A model generated the notes under the pieces. It made no database searches, had not been told where the DNA came from, and saw only the letters and a program-made list of their open reading frames with translations. From assembly GCA_043809245.1 (NCBI GenBank), contig JAZDDZ010000008.1, forward strand, positions 21,278-85,277: DNA of 64,000 nt. The letters are read 5' to 3'. Position numbers and translations under genes: made by a program. Of the stretch, positions 18,446-28,090 are shown in pieces (position 1 is the first letter of the stretch; every line of letters starts with the position of its first letter). The DNA comes from Candidatus Iainarchaeum sp. (GTDB taxonomy: Archaea; Iainarchaeota; Iainarchaeia; Iainarchaeales; JAZDDZ01).

Positions 18446-19434
18446 TTTCTTCGCCCCCATGCATGCAGCCTCAAGCGCATTGCATCCTTTGGCTTTGCTT
18501 CCTCTTCCCTTATCGTCCTGCCAGTGTAATGCAAAAAGACGTCATCCAAAGAAGGCTTTCTTAAATTCACTGACTCCACTGCAACGCCGTTTTTTTCCAT
18601 CAACTTCAAAAGCTGCGGAATCTTTTCCTCGCCTTTTTCAACCCTGACATCAAGCAGGCCGTCATGCGATTTAACCGCCTTAACCCATTTAAGGCTCGAT
18701 AGGCTGTCAATGCATGCCTTGCCTGCGCTGCACTTGATTGAAATAATGTCACCGCCCAAAGAAGCCTTAAGGTTTTCCGCTGAATCCATTGCGATTATTT
18801 TCCCAGAATCAATTATGGCTATTTTATCGCAGACGCTATCGGCCTCATCCATGTAATGAGTGGTGAGAATAAGCGTGATTTTTTCTTTTTTGTTCAATTC
18901 TTTTATGTACTGCCAGATGTTTGCCCTTGTCTGCGGGTCCAGGCCGATTGTTGGCTCGTCCAAGAAAAGGATTTTTGGCCAGTGAAGCAGGCCCCTTGCA
19001 ATTTCAAGCCTTCTTTTCATTCCGCCTGAAAAAGTCTTTACCTCGGATTTAATGTTTTTCTCCAAACCAACCAATTTCAAAAGCTCTTCAATTCGTTTCC
19101 TTCTTTCCTTTTTTTCAACAGAGTACATTGCGGCATGCATATCCATGTTTTCATAAGCTGTAAGTTCGTCGTCTAAGCTCGGGTCCTGGAAAACAATGCC
19201 AATGCTTTCCCTTACCTTGCCTGACTGCCTTGCAATGTCAAAGCCATTCACTTTCGCGCTTCCGCTCGAGGGCTTTCGCATAGTGACAAGCATTGAAATC
19301 AGCGTGGTTTTTCCCGCGCCATTGGGGCCCAAAAGCCCGAAGATTGTGCCTTCCTCTATTGAAAGGGAAACGGAATCAACAGCCTTGAGGCCGCCGTAAG
19401 ATTTGCTTAAATTATCTATTTCAATCGCGTTCAT
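18442..19434 (-). CDS. ABC transporter ATP-binding protein (DrrA-like)
   Basis: GPNGAGKT, FSGGMKRR, LDEPTIGLD, TTHYM. Confidence 0.95.
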   Translation of the reverse strand: MNAIEIDNLSKSYGGLKAVDSVSLSIEEGTIFGLLGPNGAGKTTLISMLVTMRKPSSGSAKVNGFDIARQSGKVRESIGIVFQDPSLDDELTAYENMDMHAAMYSVEKKERRKRIEELLKLVGLEKNIKSEVKTFSGGMKRRLEIARGLLHWPKILFLDEPTIGLDPQTRANIWQYIKELNKKEKITLILTTHYMDEADSVCDKIAIIDSGKIIAMDSAENLKASLGGDIISIKCSAGKACIDSLSSLKWVKAVKSHDGLLDVRVEKGEEKIPQLLKLMEKNGVAVESVNLRKPSLDDVFLHYTGRTIREEEAKPKDAMRLRLHAWGRRK

Positions 19435-19451
19435 GCGCAAAACCGCCTGTC

Positions 19452-19670
19452 TCACTTGCCTTTTTCAACAAGCCCTAAAAGCTTTGAGGCAAATTTGTGT
19501 ATTGCATCTGCTTTCACAATCATCAGGCCGTGGCCGCCTTTTCCGAAGACAAGCATTTTTTCCCCTGCCTTTATCTTGAAGTGCTTCCTTGCCTCGGTTG
19601 GAATGACAATCTGGCCGCGCTCCCCGACCTTAACGGTGCCGTAAAACTTTTTGTGATGGTGTTCGTGCAT
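19452..19670 (-). CDS. AbrB/MazE/SpoVT family DNA-binding protein heading the ABC exporter operon
   Basis: GTVKVGERGQIVIP.EARK...IKAGE. Confidence 0.88.
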   Translation of the reverse strand: MHEHHHKKFYGTVKVGERGQIVIPTEARKHFKIKAGEKMLVFGKGGHGLMIVKADAIHKFASKLLGLVEKGK

Positions 19671-19732
19671 AACAAAGCGCTGTGCCAAAACATTTAAATA
19701 TGAATTGTATGAAAAGAATGAATTGTGGAAGA

Positions 19733-20644
19733 TCAGAATTTGACTATTTCCCTGAATTCACCGAACCGTTTCTCCACGTCCCCAAGAGTTATTTGCTTCA
19801 GCCTGTCAAGGGAAAAGCCCTCCGCGTTGAACGAAGCGACAGCCGAAGCGGTAACTATGGCTTTCCTTAAATTTGCCTCTGACAAGTCGCCTGTTTTCGC
19901 GAGGTAGCCGAGGAAAGAGCCGGCGAATGAATCACCCGCGCCTGTGGGATCCAATACGTTTTCTAGCGGATAGCCTGGGGCGGAAAAATTTGAATTTTTG
20001 GTGAACATCACGCAGCCGTGCTCGCCTTTTTTGATGATCGCGTATTTTGAGTTCAATTTCATTATTTCCCTCGCGGCCTTTAAAATGCTTGGCGTGTTGA
20101 AAAGCATTCTTGCCTCCGAATCATTCATCAGTGCAATGTCTGCTTCGCGCGCAACTTCCAAAACCTTTGCCTTGTCCTTTTCAATCCAATAGTTCATTGT
20201 GTCCGCAACCACGAGCTTTGGCTTTTTCTTCATCTGGCGAAGGACGTCAAGCTGCAGGGAAGGCGCAATGTTGCCGAGGAAAAGGTATTTTGCGTTCCTG
20301 TATTCTTCCGGAAGCTCCGGCTTGAATTTTTCAAAGACATTTAGTTCGGTTTTCACAGTATGCGCCTGGTTCAAGTCAAAGCCGTAATAGCCCTCCCAGA
20401 AAAAAGTTTTCCCTTCAACAATTGAAAGGCCCTCCAAATCAATGCCTTTCTTTCTGAACAGTTCAATGTGCTCTTTTGGAAAATCCTTTCCGACAACGCC
20501 AACAATTCCTGGCTTTGCAAACAGTGAAGCCGCAACAGAGGCAAACGAGGCAGAGCCCCCCAAAGCCCTTTTTACTTCGCCAAAAGGAGTTTTAATTGAA
20601 TCAAGCGCAACCGAGCCAACGACAACCAATTCAACTGCAGCCAT
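19733..20644 (-). CDS. PfkB family carbohydrate/nucleoside kinase
   Basis: GSVALD, LGGSA, DPTGAGDSFAG. Confidence 0.92.
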   Translation of the reverse strand: MAAVELVVVGSVALDSIKTPFGEVKRALGGSASFASVAASLFAKPGIVGVVGKDFPKEHIELFRKKGIDLEGLSIVEGKTFFWEGYYGFDLNQAHTVKTELNVFEKFKPELPEEYRNAKYLFLGNIAPSLQLDVLRQMKKKPKLVVADTMNYWIEKDKAKVLEVAREADIALMNDSEARMLFNTPSILKAAREIMKLNSKYAIIKKGEHGCVMFTKNSNFSAPGYPLENVLDPTGAGDSFAGSFLGYLAKTGDLSEANLRKAIVTASAVASFNAEGFSLDRLKQITLGDVEKRFGEFREIVKF

Positions 20645-20700
20645 AGCAAAGAAGTCTTTTTCAGAAACAAATATTAAGTGTTTGCCTGCAGTTATTTTTT

Positions 20701-21192
20701 ATGGAGCTGTTCGCAAATTTGTTCGGCAACGGGGTAAAATGGACATGGAAATCCATGCTCATGCTCGGCTTTCTCGCGGTCTTTCCAAACCTTTTGGGCT
20801 TGATTTCAGTTCCAACTGGATTGGGCTTCAACTTTCACGTTTTCCAAATACTTATCTTCACTGCAGCCCTCATCTACGGCCCGTTCGGCGGCGCAGTGAG
20901 CGGATTGTTCGGTTCGCTTTATTCCGCCGCCGTGCTTAACAACCCGTACATTATTTTCGGGAACATTTTGCTCGGCTTTTTCTTCGGCGTATTCGCGAAA
21001 AAAACAAACCCTGTTTTCGCGGTGCTCGGCGCTTTTGCAATTCAGCTCCCTTGGCTTTGGGTTACGGACATTTACTTCGCGCACATGCCAACTGCGGCGG
21101 TGCAGCTTGTAGTGGTTTCATTGCTTGCCAGCAACATTCTGTGGGCTTTTTTAGCCGTGAAAAGCTATAAAAAAGTGAAAGCACTAATTTAA
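20701..21192 (+). CDS. ECF transporter S-component-like membrane protein
   Basis: ALIYGPFGGAVSG motif, 5-6 TM. Confidence 0.7.
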   Translation: MELFANLFGNGVKWTWKSMLMLGFLAVFPNLLGLISVPTGLGFNFHVFQILIFTAALIYGPFGGAVSGLFGSLYSAAVLNNPYIIFGNILLGFFFGVFAKKTNPVFAVLGAFAIQLPWLWVTDIYFAHMPTAAVQLVVVSLLASNILWAFLAVKSYKKVKALI

Positions 21193-21194
21193 TT

Positions 21195-21944
21195 ATGCAA
21201 AAGAAACAGGTAAGCCTGTACAGGTTAAGCCCCGACAACTATGATGCAATGATGTCAACCGAGCTTGAGAAAAATATTTTCGGCGCGGTCGCAGATGAAA
21301 TCAAAAGCTGCCTAACAAGCGGGAAAAATACTGTACTTGATTTATGCTGTGGAACGGGAATAGTTGCAGAGTTGCTTCTTGATGAGCCAAACATAAGGTT
21401 TATCGGCGTTGACATTAACCGTACTTTTCTTGAAAGCGCCAAAAAGAAAATTAAAGGAAAGCGCAACTTTGAATTCATGCAAAAGGATGCGCGTTTTTAC
21501 ATGAGCCCTCTTAAGTTTGATGTTGTCGTGCTGACCTCAGCCTACCACCACATTGAGAATCCCCATAAACTTGTGCTTCTGAAAAAAATTTATGAAATGC
21601 TTAACGGTGATGGCACTCTTGTTATTTACGAGAAACTCATAAGCAAATACGCCAATGAAGATGAATTCGCAAAAAGCAACGAGGAATTTTACCTGAAAAG
21701 AATTGAATACCTAAAGCGAACAGAACGCAAGACGCTGGGCAAAAAAGCGCTTGACGCGCTGATGAATGTATGCGCGCTTTCAGCTTCAGCTGAAGAGGAA
21801 TTCAAGGTAGATTATGGTTACCTTGTGGAAGATTTGGATAAAGCCGGCTTTGAAACAGTCAAAGAAACAAAAATCTGGCCAGAAGAAGACATTTTTCACG
21901 ATGAAAAAACCGGGGACTTTGTTTTTGTGGCTAAGAAAAAATAG
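21195..21944 (+). CDS. Class I SAM-dependent methyltransferase
   Basis: VLDLCCGTG, GVDIN, FDVVV...AYHH. Confidence 0.88.
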   Translation: MQKKQVSLYRLSPDNYDAMMSTELEKNIFGAVADEIKSCLTSGKNTVLDLCCGTGIVAELLLDEPNIRFIGVDINRTFLESAKKKIKGKRNFEFMQKDARFYMSPLKFDVVVLTSAYHHIENPHKLVLLKKIYEMLNGDGTLVIYEKLISKYANEDEFAKSNEEFYLKRIEYLKRTERKTLGKKALDALMNVCALSASAEEEFKVDYGYLVEDLDKAGFETVKETKIWPEEDIFHDEKTGDFVFVAKKK

Positions 21945-21946
21945 CC

Positions 21947-22273
21947 TCAGAAGTTTTTCATTATTCTTTCTTTAAGCGAATTAAATAAGCTGTCCGAAAT
22001 CGTTCCAATCTCCTTTAAGATCAAATCTTTTTCTATTGCTGTCACACCATCCGCCCTTACAAAACTTTTCTCTTTTAGGTCCCCTGAAAAATTTCCCACA
22101 GTCAATTCCAATTCATATTCATGCAAAGTGCTTTTTGATGTAATAGGGCACGCCAGAAGATAGGCGTGGATGCTGTTGAATTTCTCATTTGAAACAATAA
22201 CTGCTGGGCGAATTTTATAATCAACAAGGTTAGTGTAAGGAAAACGAGCCAGTACTATATCCTTCTGGTTCAT
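21947..22273 (-). CDS. mazF: PemK/MazF family toxin
   Basis: DIVLARFPYT..K.RPAVIVS, CPITS. Confidence 0.88.
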   Translation of the reverse strand: MNQKDIVLARFPYTNLVDYKIRPAVIVSNEKFNSIHAYLLACPITSKSTLHEYELELTVGNFSGDLKEKSFVRADGVTAIEKDLILKEIGTISDSLFNSLKERIMKNF

Positions 22274-22284
22274 TTAAAAATCAC

Positions 22285-22545
22285 CTATAGGTAACTTTCC
22301 CACAAGCCTTCAGGTTCATTTTCCCATATTTTATTCAAGGTTTTAATGGATGCCCTGAGCCAAACTTTCATTTCAGGATCGTTAAGAGACTCAATTACTG
22401 CTTTTTGTTTTTTAATGACCAATTCATTTCCGTTCTCAAAAACAACCAGGGTTTCGCCTTCCTTTAGTTCAAGGTCTTTCCTAAATTCTTGGGGTATAAC
22501 AAACTGCCCTCTAGAACCCAATTGCACAGTTTTCAGCTTGTTCAT
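22285..22545 (-). CDS. AbrB/MazE family antitoxin
   Basis: LGSRGQFVIPQEFRKDL.LKEGE; acidic W-rich C-terminus; upstream of toxin. Confidence 0.85.
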   Translation of the reverse strand: MNKLKTVQLGSRGQFVIPQEFRKDLELKEGETLVVFENGNELVIKKQKAVIESLNDPEMKVWLRASIKTLNKIWENEPEGLWESYL

Positions 22546-22550
22546 ACTAA

Positions 22551-22564
22551 TCTGATTAATCAGA
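22551..22564. promoter_or_regulatory. Perfect palindrome TCTGATTAATCAGA, probable antitoxin operator
   Basis: 14-bp palindrome immediately upstream of the antitoxin start. Confidence 0.65.
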
Positions 22565-22577
22565 ATTGAATAAAAAC

Positions 22578-23219
22578 CTATCTTTTTCGTAATAGTGACT
22601 CTATTTCCGCAAACATTTCTTTCAACGGCTTTCCGCCTTCAATCCTTGTAAATTCCTTTTTTTCCATATAATAATCAATCAGCGGCTCGGTCTGCTTTCT
22701 GTAGGTTTCAAGCCTTTTCCTGACAACCTCTTCTCTGTCATCGGGTCTCTGCATTAGCTTTCCACCGCATGCATCGCAGACGCCTTCTTTTTTAGGAGGC
22801 AAGTCCAAGCCGTAAATTTTTTTGCAGTCAGGGCACTGCCTTCGCGCGCTCAGCCTGCGGACAATTTCTTCCTCTGATGTTTCAACATCCAAAATCAGCC
22901 CGATTTTCGCATTAAGCCTTGCAAGCATCTGCTCCAAAAGCCGCGCCTGATTGAGCGTGCGCGGATAACCGTCAAGGACGAATCCTTTCGCAAGGTTTTT
23001 ATTCAAATTTTTCTCCAAAATCTCCGAAAGAAGCTCATCCGGCACGAGCGCGCCTGACTTCATTATCGGCTCCGCCTTCTTGCCTAGTTCTGTTCCGTGC
23101 TTGACTTCCTCGCGCAGCAAGTCGCCTGTGCTGATCTGCTTGAAGCCGAATTTTTGCTCAATGAACTGCGCGATTGTTCCCTTTCCGGTTCCAGGCGGGC
23201 CGAGAAGAATTATGTTCAT
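22578..23219 (-). CDS. adk: Adenylate kinase, bacterial type with Zn LID
   Basis: GPPGTGKGT, STGDLLR, LDGYPR, CxxC..CxxC LID, QRPDD. Confidence 0.95.
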   Translation of the reverse strand: MNIILLGPPGTGKGTIAQFIEQKFGFKQISTGDLLREEVKHGTELGKKAEPIMKSGALVPDELLSEILEKNLNKNLAKGFVLDGYPRTLNQARLLEQMLARLNAKIGLILDVETSEEEIVRRLSARRQCPDCKKIYGLDLPPKKEGVCDACGGKLMQRPDDREEVVRKRLETYRKQTEPLIDYYMEKKEFTRIEGGKPLKEMFAEIESLLRKR

Positions 23220-23262
23220 CTGTTTTTTCACTGAATGATTTTCTGCAATAACTTAATTTAAA

Positions 23263-23844
23263 TCAACCGCCACTTGAATGAGAGACAAAGCCGCGAATGT
23301 ATTCCAGCAGCTTTTCTTCAAACGCCTTTTTCCGCGAAAGAAAAGCGAGGTATTCCACTTTGTTTTCCATCATTTCCTGCAGTGAACGCGAATAAAACGC
23401 CTTCTGCTGTTCCCTACCCCTTTTTATAATTCCTTCAACATAGCCCTTGATTGCCTGCCTCAGCCCTGAAACGTCTGCCTCTGTCCTAAGGCGGGGGAAT
23501 TTTTTTATAAGCATTTTGTGGAACTTTGGGTCTAATTCACTGAAAGCCCTCTGCTGCAGTTTATAGTAATCCGAAAAAAGCTGGAAAGCCTCTTTTCTGT
23601 ATTTCCTGTACATGGCCTCATTTCCAGTGAAAAAGACCCTGTAAAGCTGCTCTTGGGGCGAAAAAAATTTCAGTATGCTGTTCAAATGAAAGCCCCCGGT
23701 ATTCCCCGAGCCAAATTGTTTAATGCATTTCTCAACCAATGCGATGTCAGAGCCAAGCTCCCCTATCCTGCGCTTTAATGCATTCTGAATCCTTGGAACC
23801 CTTGTTCTGGCCTTCATCCTTAACCGTGGTTTTTTTGATGGCAT
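23263..23844 (-). CDS. Hypothetical protein, basic N-terminus
   Basis: MPSKKPRLRMKARTR...; helical; in operon context. Confidence 0.6.
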   Translation of the reverse strand: MPSKKPRLRMKARTRVPRIQNALKRRIGELGSDIALVEKCIKQFGSGNTGGFHLNSILKFFSPQEQLYRVFFTGNEAMYRKYRKEAFQLFSDYYKLQQRAFSELDPKFHKMLIKKFPRLRTEADVSGLRQAIKGYVEGIIKRGREQQKAFYSRSLQEMMENKVEYLAFLSRKKAFEEKLLEYIRGFVSHSSGG

Positions 23845-23848
23845 CAAA

Positions 23849-24703
23849 TCACTTAACCAAAAAATCCACCACTATCTGCATTTTGGATGCGGAAAAATCC
23901 CTGACGCGCTGCATTTGCAGCACGCGAATCTCCTTGTGGAGTTTTTTCGCTGTATTCCTTATAGCCCGCAAAGGCTTTTCAAATGAATCCCTTTTCTCGA
24001 CGATTTCGTAAAAGTGGATTATTCCGCCAGACGGCTTTAGGCACATAAACGCTTCTTTAAGGAAATCTTCTCCTGTGTGCGGCAAAGGCATTACAACCCT
24101 GTCACACAAACCATTCAGTTTTTTTGGAACCACTTTTTTAACGTCGCCCTTAATTACGGCAATTTTTTCCTGTGCCTTGTTCAATGCAATGTTTTTCTTC
24201 AGCCACTTGAACGCGGAAGGGTTAAGCTCCACTGCATAAGCCAATGCCATTGGAGAATTTTTTGCAAAAACAATAGGATAGGGGCCAACGCCGGCAAATA
24301 ACGCACCTATAACTTCACCTGGCTTTATTTGCTTGGCAATCCTGAGCCTCTCCGAGCTCAGGCGCGGTGAAAAGAAAACCTTTGAAGCGTCAAATTCAAA
24401 AGCGCAGCCGCTTTCCCTGTAATGCGCTAAAAAGCTTTTTTTCCCGCCAATCACTTTCAATGGCTGCACACGGTATTTTCCCTTCCTTCCTGAAAGCTTC
24501 CTGCAGACTGTTTTGAAGGCGGAATTCACTTCCATTAAAGCCTTGGCAATTTTCCTCTCTTTTTTCGCGAGCTTTTTGGGAATCTCTATTACGGCAATGT
24601 TGCCCAAAGAATCATAAGATGTCTGCAGTTCCGCCAATTCCTTTTCCGTCAAAACGCCTGAAAGCGCTTCCCTTAGGGAACGCGGCTTTTTCTTCTTTTG
24701 CAT
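23849..24703 (-). CDS. Trm5/Taw2 (Met-10+) family tRNA methyltransferase
   Basis: YDSLGNIAVI, FFSPRLSSER, FAGVGPY, ELNP, DRVVMPLP. Confidence 0.88.
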   Translation of the reverse strand: MQKKKKPRSLREALSGVLTEKELAELQTSYDSLGNIAVIEIPKKLAKKERKIAKALMEVNSAFKTVCRKLSGRKGKYRVQPLKVIGGKKSFLAHYRESGCAFEFDASKVFFSPRLSSERLRIAKQIKPGEVIGALFAGVGPYPIVFAKNSPMALAYAVELNPSAFKWLKKNIALNKAQEKIAVIKGDVKKVVPKKLNGLCDRVVMPLPHTGEDFLKEAFMCLKPSGGIIHFYEIVEKRDSFEKPLRAIRNTAKKLHKEIRVLQMQRVRDFSASKMQIVVDFLVK

Positions 24704-24765
24704 AAAACCAATAATATTTAATTGCTTGTTTCATTAAAATAGGTTATTGTTTAGGGGATAAAAAA

Positions 24766-25605
24766 ATGCTTGAAGCCATAGGCGAATTCGTGCAGAAATA
24801 TTTTGTGGAAAGCATAACCCAATACCAGGGCTATAACCTCGTGAACACGCTTGTTTACATCGCAATTCTTTTGGCTGTGTCCTTTTTCATCATCTACCCC
24901 CTGTTGGCTAAAAGAGGCGTTAAATTCAATTTGAAATTCATGTTAGCGGTTTTTCCCTACATTGTTTTCGGATCAACAATCAGAATTTTGGAGGACCTGC
25001 GCATTTTTGCGCGATCAGCAAACCCATTTGAGCCGGGCTTTTACTCTGTTTCACCGGGAATTTATATTGCCGTTGGATTGCTGGCTGTTTTCTGCCTTCT
25101 GCTTTCACTTTTTTTGGCTAAAAAGCTGAACAAGGATTACTTAAAAATTTTTGGAATTATCGGCTGGGTTTTGGCCATCCCAATAGTGATTTTTGATTTG
25201 GCGAAATTCATTGAACCAATGCAGTTCATTGGAATAATCGCGCTCACAGCAGCGCTGACAGGCATTGCATACTTCATTGGCAAGGCGTTCAGGAAAGACT
25301 TTTTCGCGGATTTGCTTGGGATTTTCCCGATTGCAGGGCAGGCACTGGATGGAAGCGCAACATTTTTTGCTGTCGGGCTATCAAACTGCGGTGAACAGCA
25401 CGTTGCAAGCAACATTATCCTAAACATTCACCCCCTGCTTTTCCCGATTGTAAAAGTCGCTTTGGCGCTTGCAATCGTTTACTTCGTTAAAGCGGAGATT
25501 AAGAACGAGAACCTGCGCGGCTTTGCACTGGTGTTCATCGCAATAATGGGCTTTGCCCCGGGAATAAGGGACGTGTTCACAGTGGCGGTGGGGACATGCC
25601 TTTGA
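24766..25605 (+). CDS. DUF63 family membrane protein
   Basis: GYNLVNTLVY, R.LED, SPGIY, QALDGSAT, EQHV, GFAPGIRD. Confidence 0.85.
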   Translation: MLEAIGEFVQKYFVESITQYQGYNLVNTLVYIAILLAVSFFIIYPLLAKRGVKFNLKFMLAVFPYIVFGSTIRILEDLRIFARSANPFEPGFYSVSPGIYIAVGLLAVFCLLLSLFLAKKLNKDYLKIFGIIGWVLAIPIVIFDLAKFIEPMQFIGIIALTAALTGIAYFIGKAFRKDFFADLLGIFPIAGQALDGSATFFAVGLSNCGEQHVASNIILNIHPLLFPIVKVALALAIVYFVKAEIKNENLRGFALVFIAIMGFAPGIRDVFTVAVGTCL

Positions 25606-26081
25606 AAAAATGGCTTGACTTTTTCAGGGGAAAAAAAAACCCCAAAATTCCGCCCAGTGAACAGGGGGCACATTCAACCGAAAGATTCAACTGGGAGCCA
25701 TTTTTCAAGGAAGACCCCGAATTCCGCATCTCCGAGCACCATAATCCAAATGGCAGGGCAAGGGGGTCGCATGAAAAGCATTACCGCCAACTTCCCCAGA
25801 GAATAATTGACCGCACGGTCAAAGAGAGAGTTTTAAAGGAAATTGGAGAAGAAGATTTTCCAATCAAACTAAATCCCGCGCAGAAAGAAAGGCTTGTTGC
25901 AGGCCTTCAGAAAACAGTCCAAACAGCAGGCTATCTTGATAGGCTTAACCCCAAAATTATTCAGATAATTGCAAAAAGTGTTGCGAAAACCCATAAGGAA
26001 GCGCAGACAAGGCCGGACCAGTTCTGCGAGGAACTGCTTTTCTTTGTTGAGAACGGAAGGTTCAAGCCCAAGGAGGAGTGA
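25596..26081 (+). CDS. Hypothetical protein, basic N-terminus
   Basis: ORF overlapping DUF63 stop; MPLKKWLDFFRGKKNPK. Confidence 0.6.
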   Translation: MPLKKWLDFFRGKKNPKIPPSEQGAHSTERFNWEPFFKEDPEFRISEHHNPNGRARGSHEKHYRQLPQRIIDRTVKERVLKEIGEEDFPIKLNPAQKERLVAGLQKTVQTAGYLDRLNPKIIQIIAKSVAKTHKEAQTRPDQFCEELLFFVENGRFKPKEE

Positions 26082-26086
26082 AAAAA

Positions 26087-26326
26087 ATGCCAAGGTCGCG
26101 TGCAGGTGTTGAATCAAAAACAGCAAAAGAAATGATGAAGAGAATAATTTCACACCCAGCCCTAAAAGAAAAGCCGGAACTAAAAAAACATTTTAAAAGG
26201 TATATGGCTTCAATAAAAGCTGCAAATGAGCAGTATGAAAAAGGAGAGCTTAATTTGGACGAGTATAATTATTGGCGCAGAAAAAGTTTAGAGGAAATGA
26301 AGAAATTCTTTGATGCTTTGTTGTGA
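26087..26326 (+). CDS. Hypothetical small protein
   Basis: GGAGTG RBS then MPRSRA. Confidence 0.55.
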   Translation: MPRSRAGVESKTAKEMMKRIISHPALKEKPELKKHFKRYMASIKAANEQYEKGELNLDEYNYWRRKSLEEMKKFFDALL

Positions 26327-26336
26327 AGGTGAAAAA

Positions 26337-27098
26337 ATGCTCTACTTAATCGGAATCGGCTTGAAGCCAAAGCACCTCACATTGGAGGCGCTTGAGGCGA
26401 TAAGGGAATGTGACGCAGTGTTTTTGGAGAATTATACAAGCAAGTACAGTGAAGGCGCGGTCAAGGAATTGGAAGAACTCATCGGAAAAAAAGTGACGCT
26501 TTTGGGCAGGCAGCACGTGGAAGAGCAAAGCCACGAGTTTCTTGCAATGGCTGAAAGGAACAGGATTGCATTTCTGGTTCACGGCAATGTTTTTTCCGCA
26601 ACCACTCACTCACAGTTAGCGATGGATGCAAAAAAGAATGGGGTGAAAATGAAATTCATCCCGGGGATAAGCGTTTTCTCTTACCTTGGAAAGACAGGCC
26701 TTGATGAATACAGGTTCGGCAGGACAACGACAATTGTTTCGCCTAAAGAAAATTTTGCGCCGGAAAGCTTTTACGACGCGATTGAAAAAAACCAGGCAAT
26801 GGGGCTGCACACGCTTTGCCTGCTTGACATTGACTTGGAGGAAAACAGGCTGATGAGCGCAAAAGAAGCAATAGAGCTATTGCTTGCGATTGAAAGAAAG
26901 CGGAAAAAAAGCATTGTGAAGAAATCGCTGCTCATTCTTGTTGCGGGCGCCGGCTCGGAGAAAGAGAAAATTGCCGCGGGAAGAGCGGAAGAACTGCTCA
27001 AGTGCAGGGCGAACGCTTTTCCTCAGTCGCTTATTGTTTGCGGAAAGCTGACTGCAAAAGAAAAAGAGGTTTTGAAGGAATTTTATGGCAAATGCTGA
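26337..27098 (+). CDS. dph5: Diphthine synthase
   Basis: MLYLIGIGL, ENYTS, SATTH, YRFGRTTTI, GLHTLCLLDI. Confidence 0.93.
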   Translation: MLYLIGIGLKPKHLTLEALEAIRECDAVFLENYTSKYSEGAVKELEELIGKKVTLLGRQHVEEQSHEFLAMAERNRIAFLVHGNVFSATTHSQLAMDAKKNGVKMKFIPGISVFSYLGKTGLDEYRFGRTTTIVSPKENFAPESFYDAIEKNQAMGLHTLCLLDIDLEENRLMSAKEAIELLLAIERKRKKSIVKKSLLILVAGAGSEKEKIAAGRAEELLKCRANAFPQSLIVCGKLTAKEKEVLKEFYGKC

Positions 27099-27390
27099 AA
27101 CGCTTGAAATGGAACTCGCGGAGAAAGTGAAAAAATACCGCTCGCTAACCGAGGAAGCGCTGGAAAAAGTTTTGATTTCAGCGGAAAAAGGTTCGCATGA
27201 ATTCAAAGTGGCGCAGGATTTCCTGCAAATGGCAAAAAACTATTTCTCCGATGCAAAGCATTTTGAAGAAAAAAGAGAACTCCTTACTGCGCTCGCGGCT
27301 TACAGTTACGCGCACGCATGGCTTGACGCCGGAATAAGGGCAAGAGTGCTGGACGGAAAAAACGACGAAAGGCTGTTCACTTTGCCTTAA
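27085..27390 (+). CDS. DUF357 family protein
   Basis: MA.NY.SDAKHF...ALAAYSYAHAWLDAG. Confidence 0.9.
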   Translation: MANAETLEMELAEKVKKYRSLTEEALEKVLISAEKGSHEFKVAQDFLQMAKNYFSDAKHFEEKRELLTALAAYSYAHAWLDAGIRARVLDGKNDERLFTLP

Positions 27391-27642
27391 TCAGAAAAAC
27401 GGGCTGCCGAAAACGTCTATCGCGATTGCTGCGTGCAAAAAGATTGATATGCCCAATAGCCACCAGTAGCGGCAGTGCCTGTTGTAAAACTTCTGGTACC
27501 AGCCGTGCTTCATCATCGCGTTAACGAATTTTATTCCCGCCATGCAGCGGCATGAGAAAAAAACCATGAGGAAAAAAAGCACGTTGGTTAAGCCGAGAAT
27601 GTAAACCAGCTTCACTCCAAGTGCGGGGTCAACGAACGGCAT
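27391..27642 (-). CDS. Small 2-TM protein with SCRC and HC.YWW motifs
   Basis: Hydrophobic ORF co-oriented with cupredoxin. Confidence 0.7.
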   Translation of the reverse strand: MPFVDPALGVKLVYILGLTNVLFFLMVFFSCRCMAGIKFVNAMMKHGWYQKFYNRHCRYWWLLGISIFLHAAIAIDVFGSPFF

Positions 27643-27651
27643 TTTTTTCCC

Positions 27652-28074
27652 TCATTCAACTATTATTTTTCCGAAAAACGGCGCCTGCGCGTTCAAGTGG
27701 TCGTGGTAAGCCCATTCCCCCACCTCGTTGAATGTGAAAGAAAAGCTTTCGCCTTGCGCCAATCCTTTGCATGCATCAAATTTGCTGCCGATGCAGCCGC
27801 CTGGTTCAGGGTAAACATTGTGAGTGGGATGCTGGGCGGAAGCAGGCCAATGAAGTGCGGAATCATTGTTCACAAAATTCACTGTATCACCCTGCTTTAT
27901 TGTTAATGGGTTTGGGCTGAAGCCTGATGAGTTAATTTCAACTGTTAAAACAGCGCCTGCTGGCGTGCCATTGCCGTCATTGCCGTTTGCAGGCGGCTGG
28001 CTGCTGTCAATGCAGCCAGAAACCAGGAAAACCAATCCAAGCGCAAGCATTGCGTAAACCATTCCCTTATACAT
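27652..28074 (-). CDS. Cupredoxin-like lipoprotein
   Basis: Lipobox VSGC; GFSP..LTIKQGDTV.F.N; HWPAS..HPTH; FTFNEVGEWAYHDH; AGGAGG RBS. Confidence 0.82.
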   Translation of the reverse strand: MYKGMVYAMLALGLVFLVSGCIDSSQPPANGNDGNGTPAGAVLTVEINSSGFSPNPLTIKQGDTVNFVNNDSALHWPASAQHPTHNVYPEPGGCIGSKFDACKGLAQGESFSFTFNEVGEWAYHDHLNAQAPFFGKIIVE

Positions 28075-28090
28075 TTTATTCCTCCTTTTT

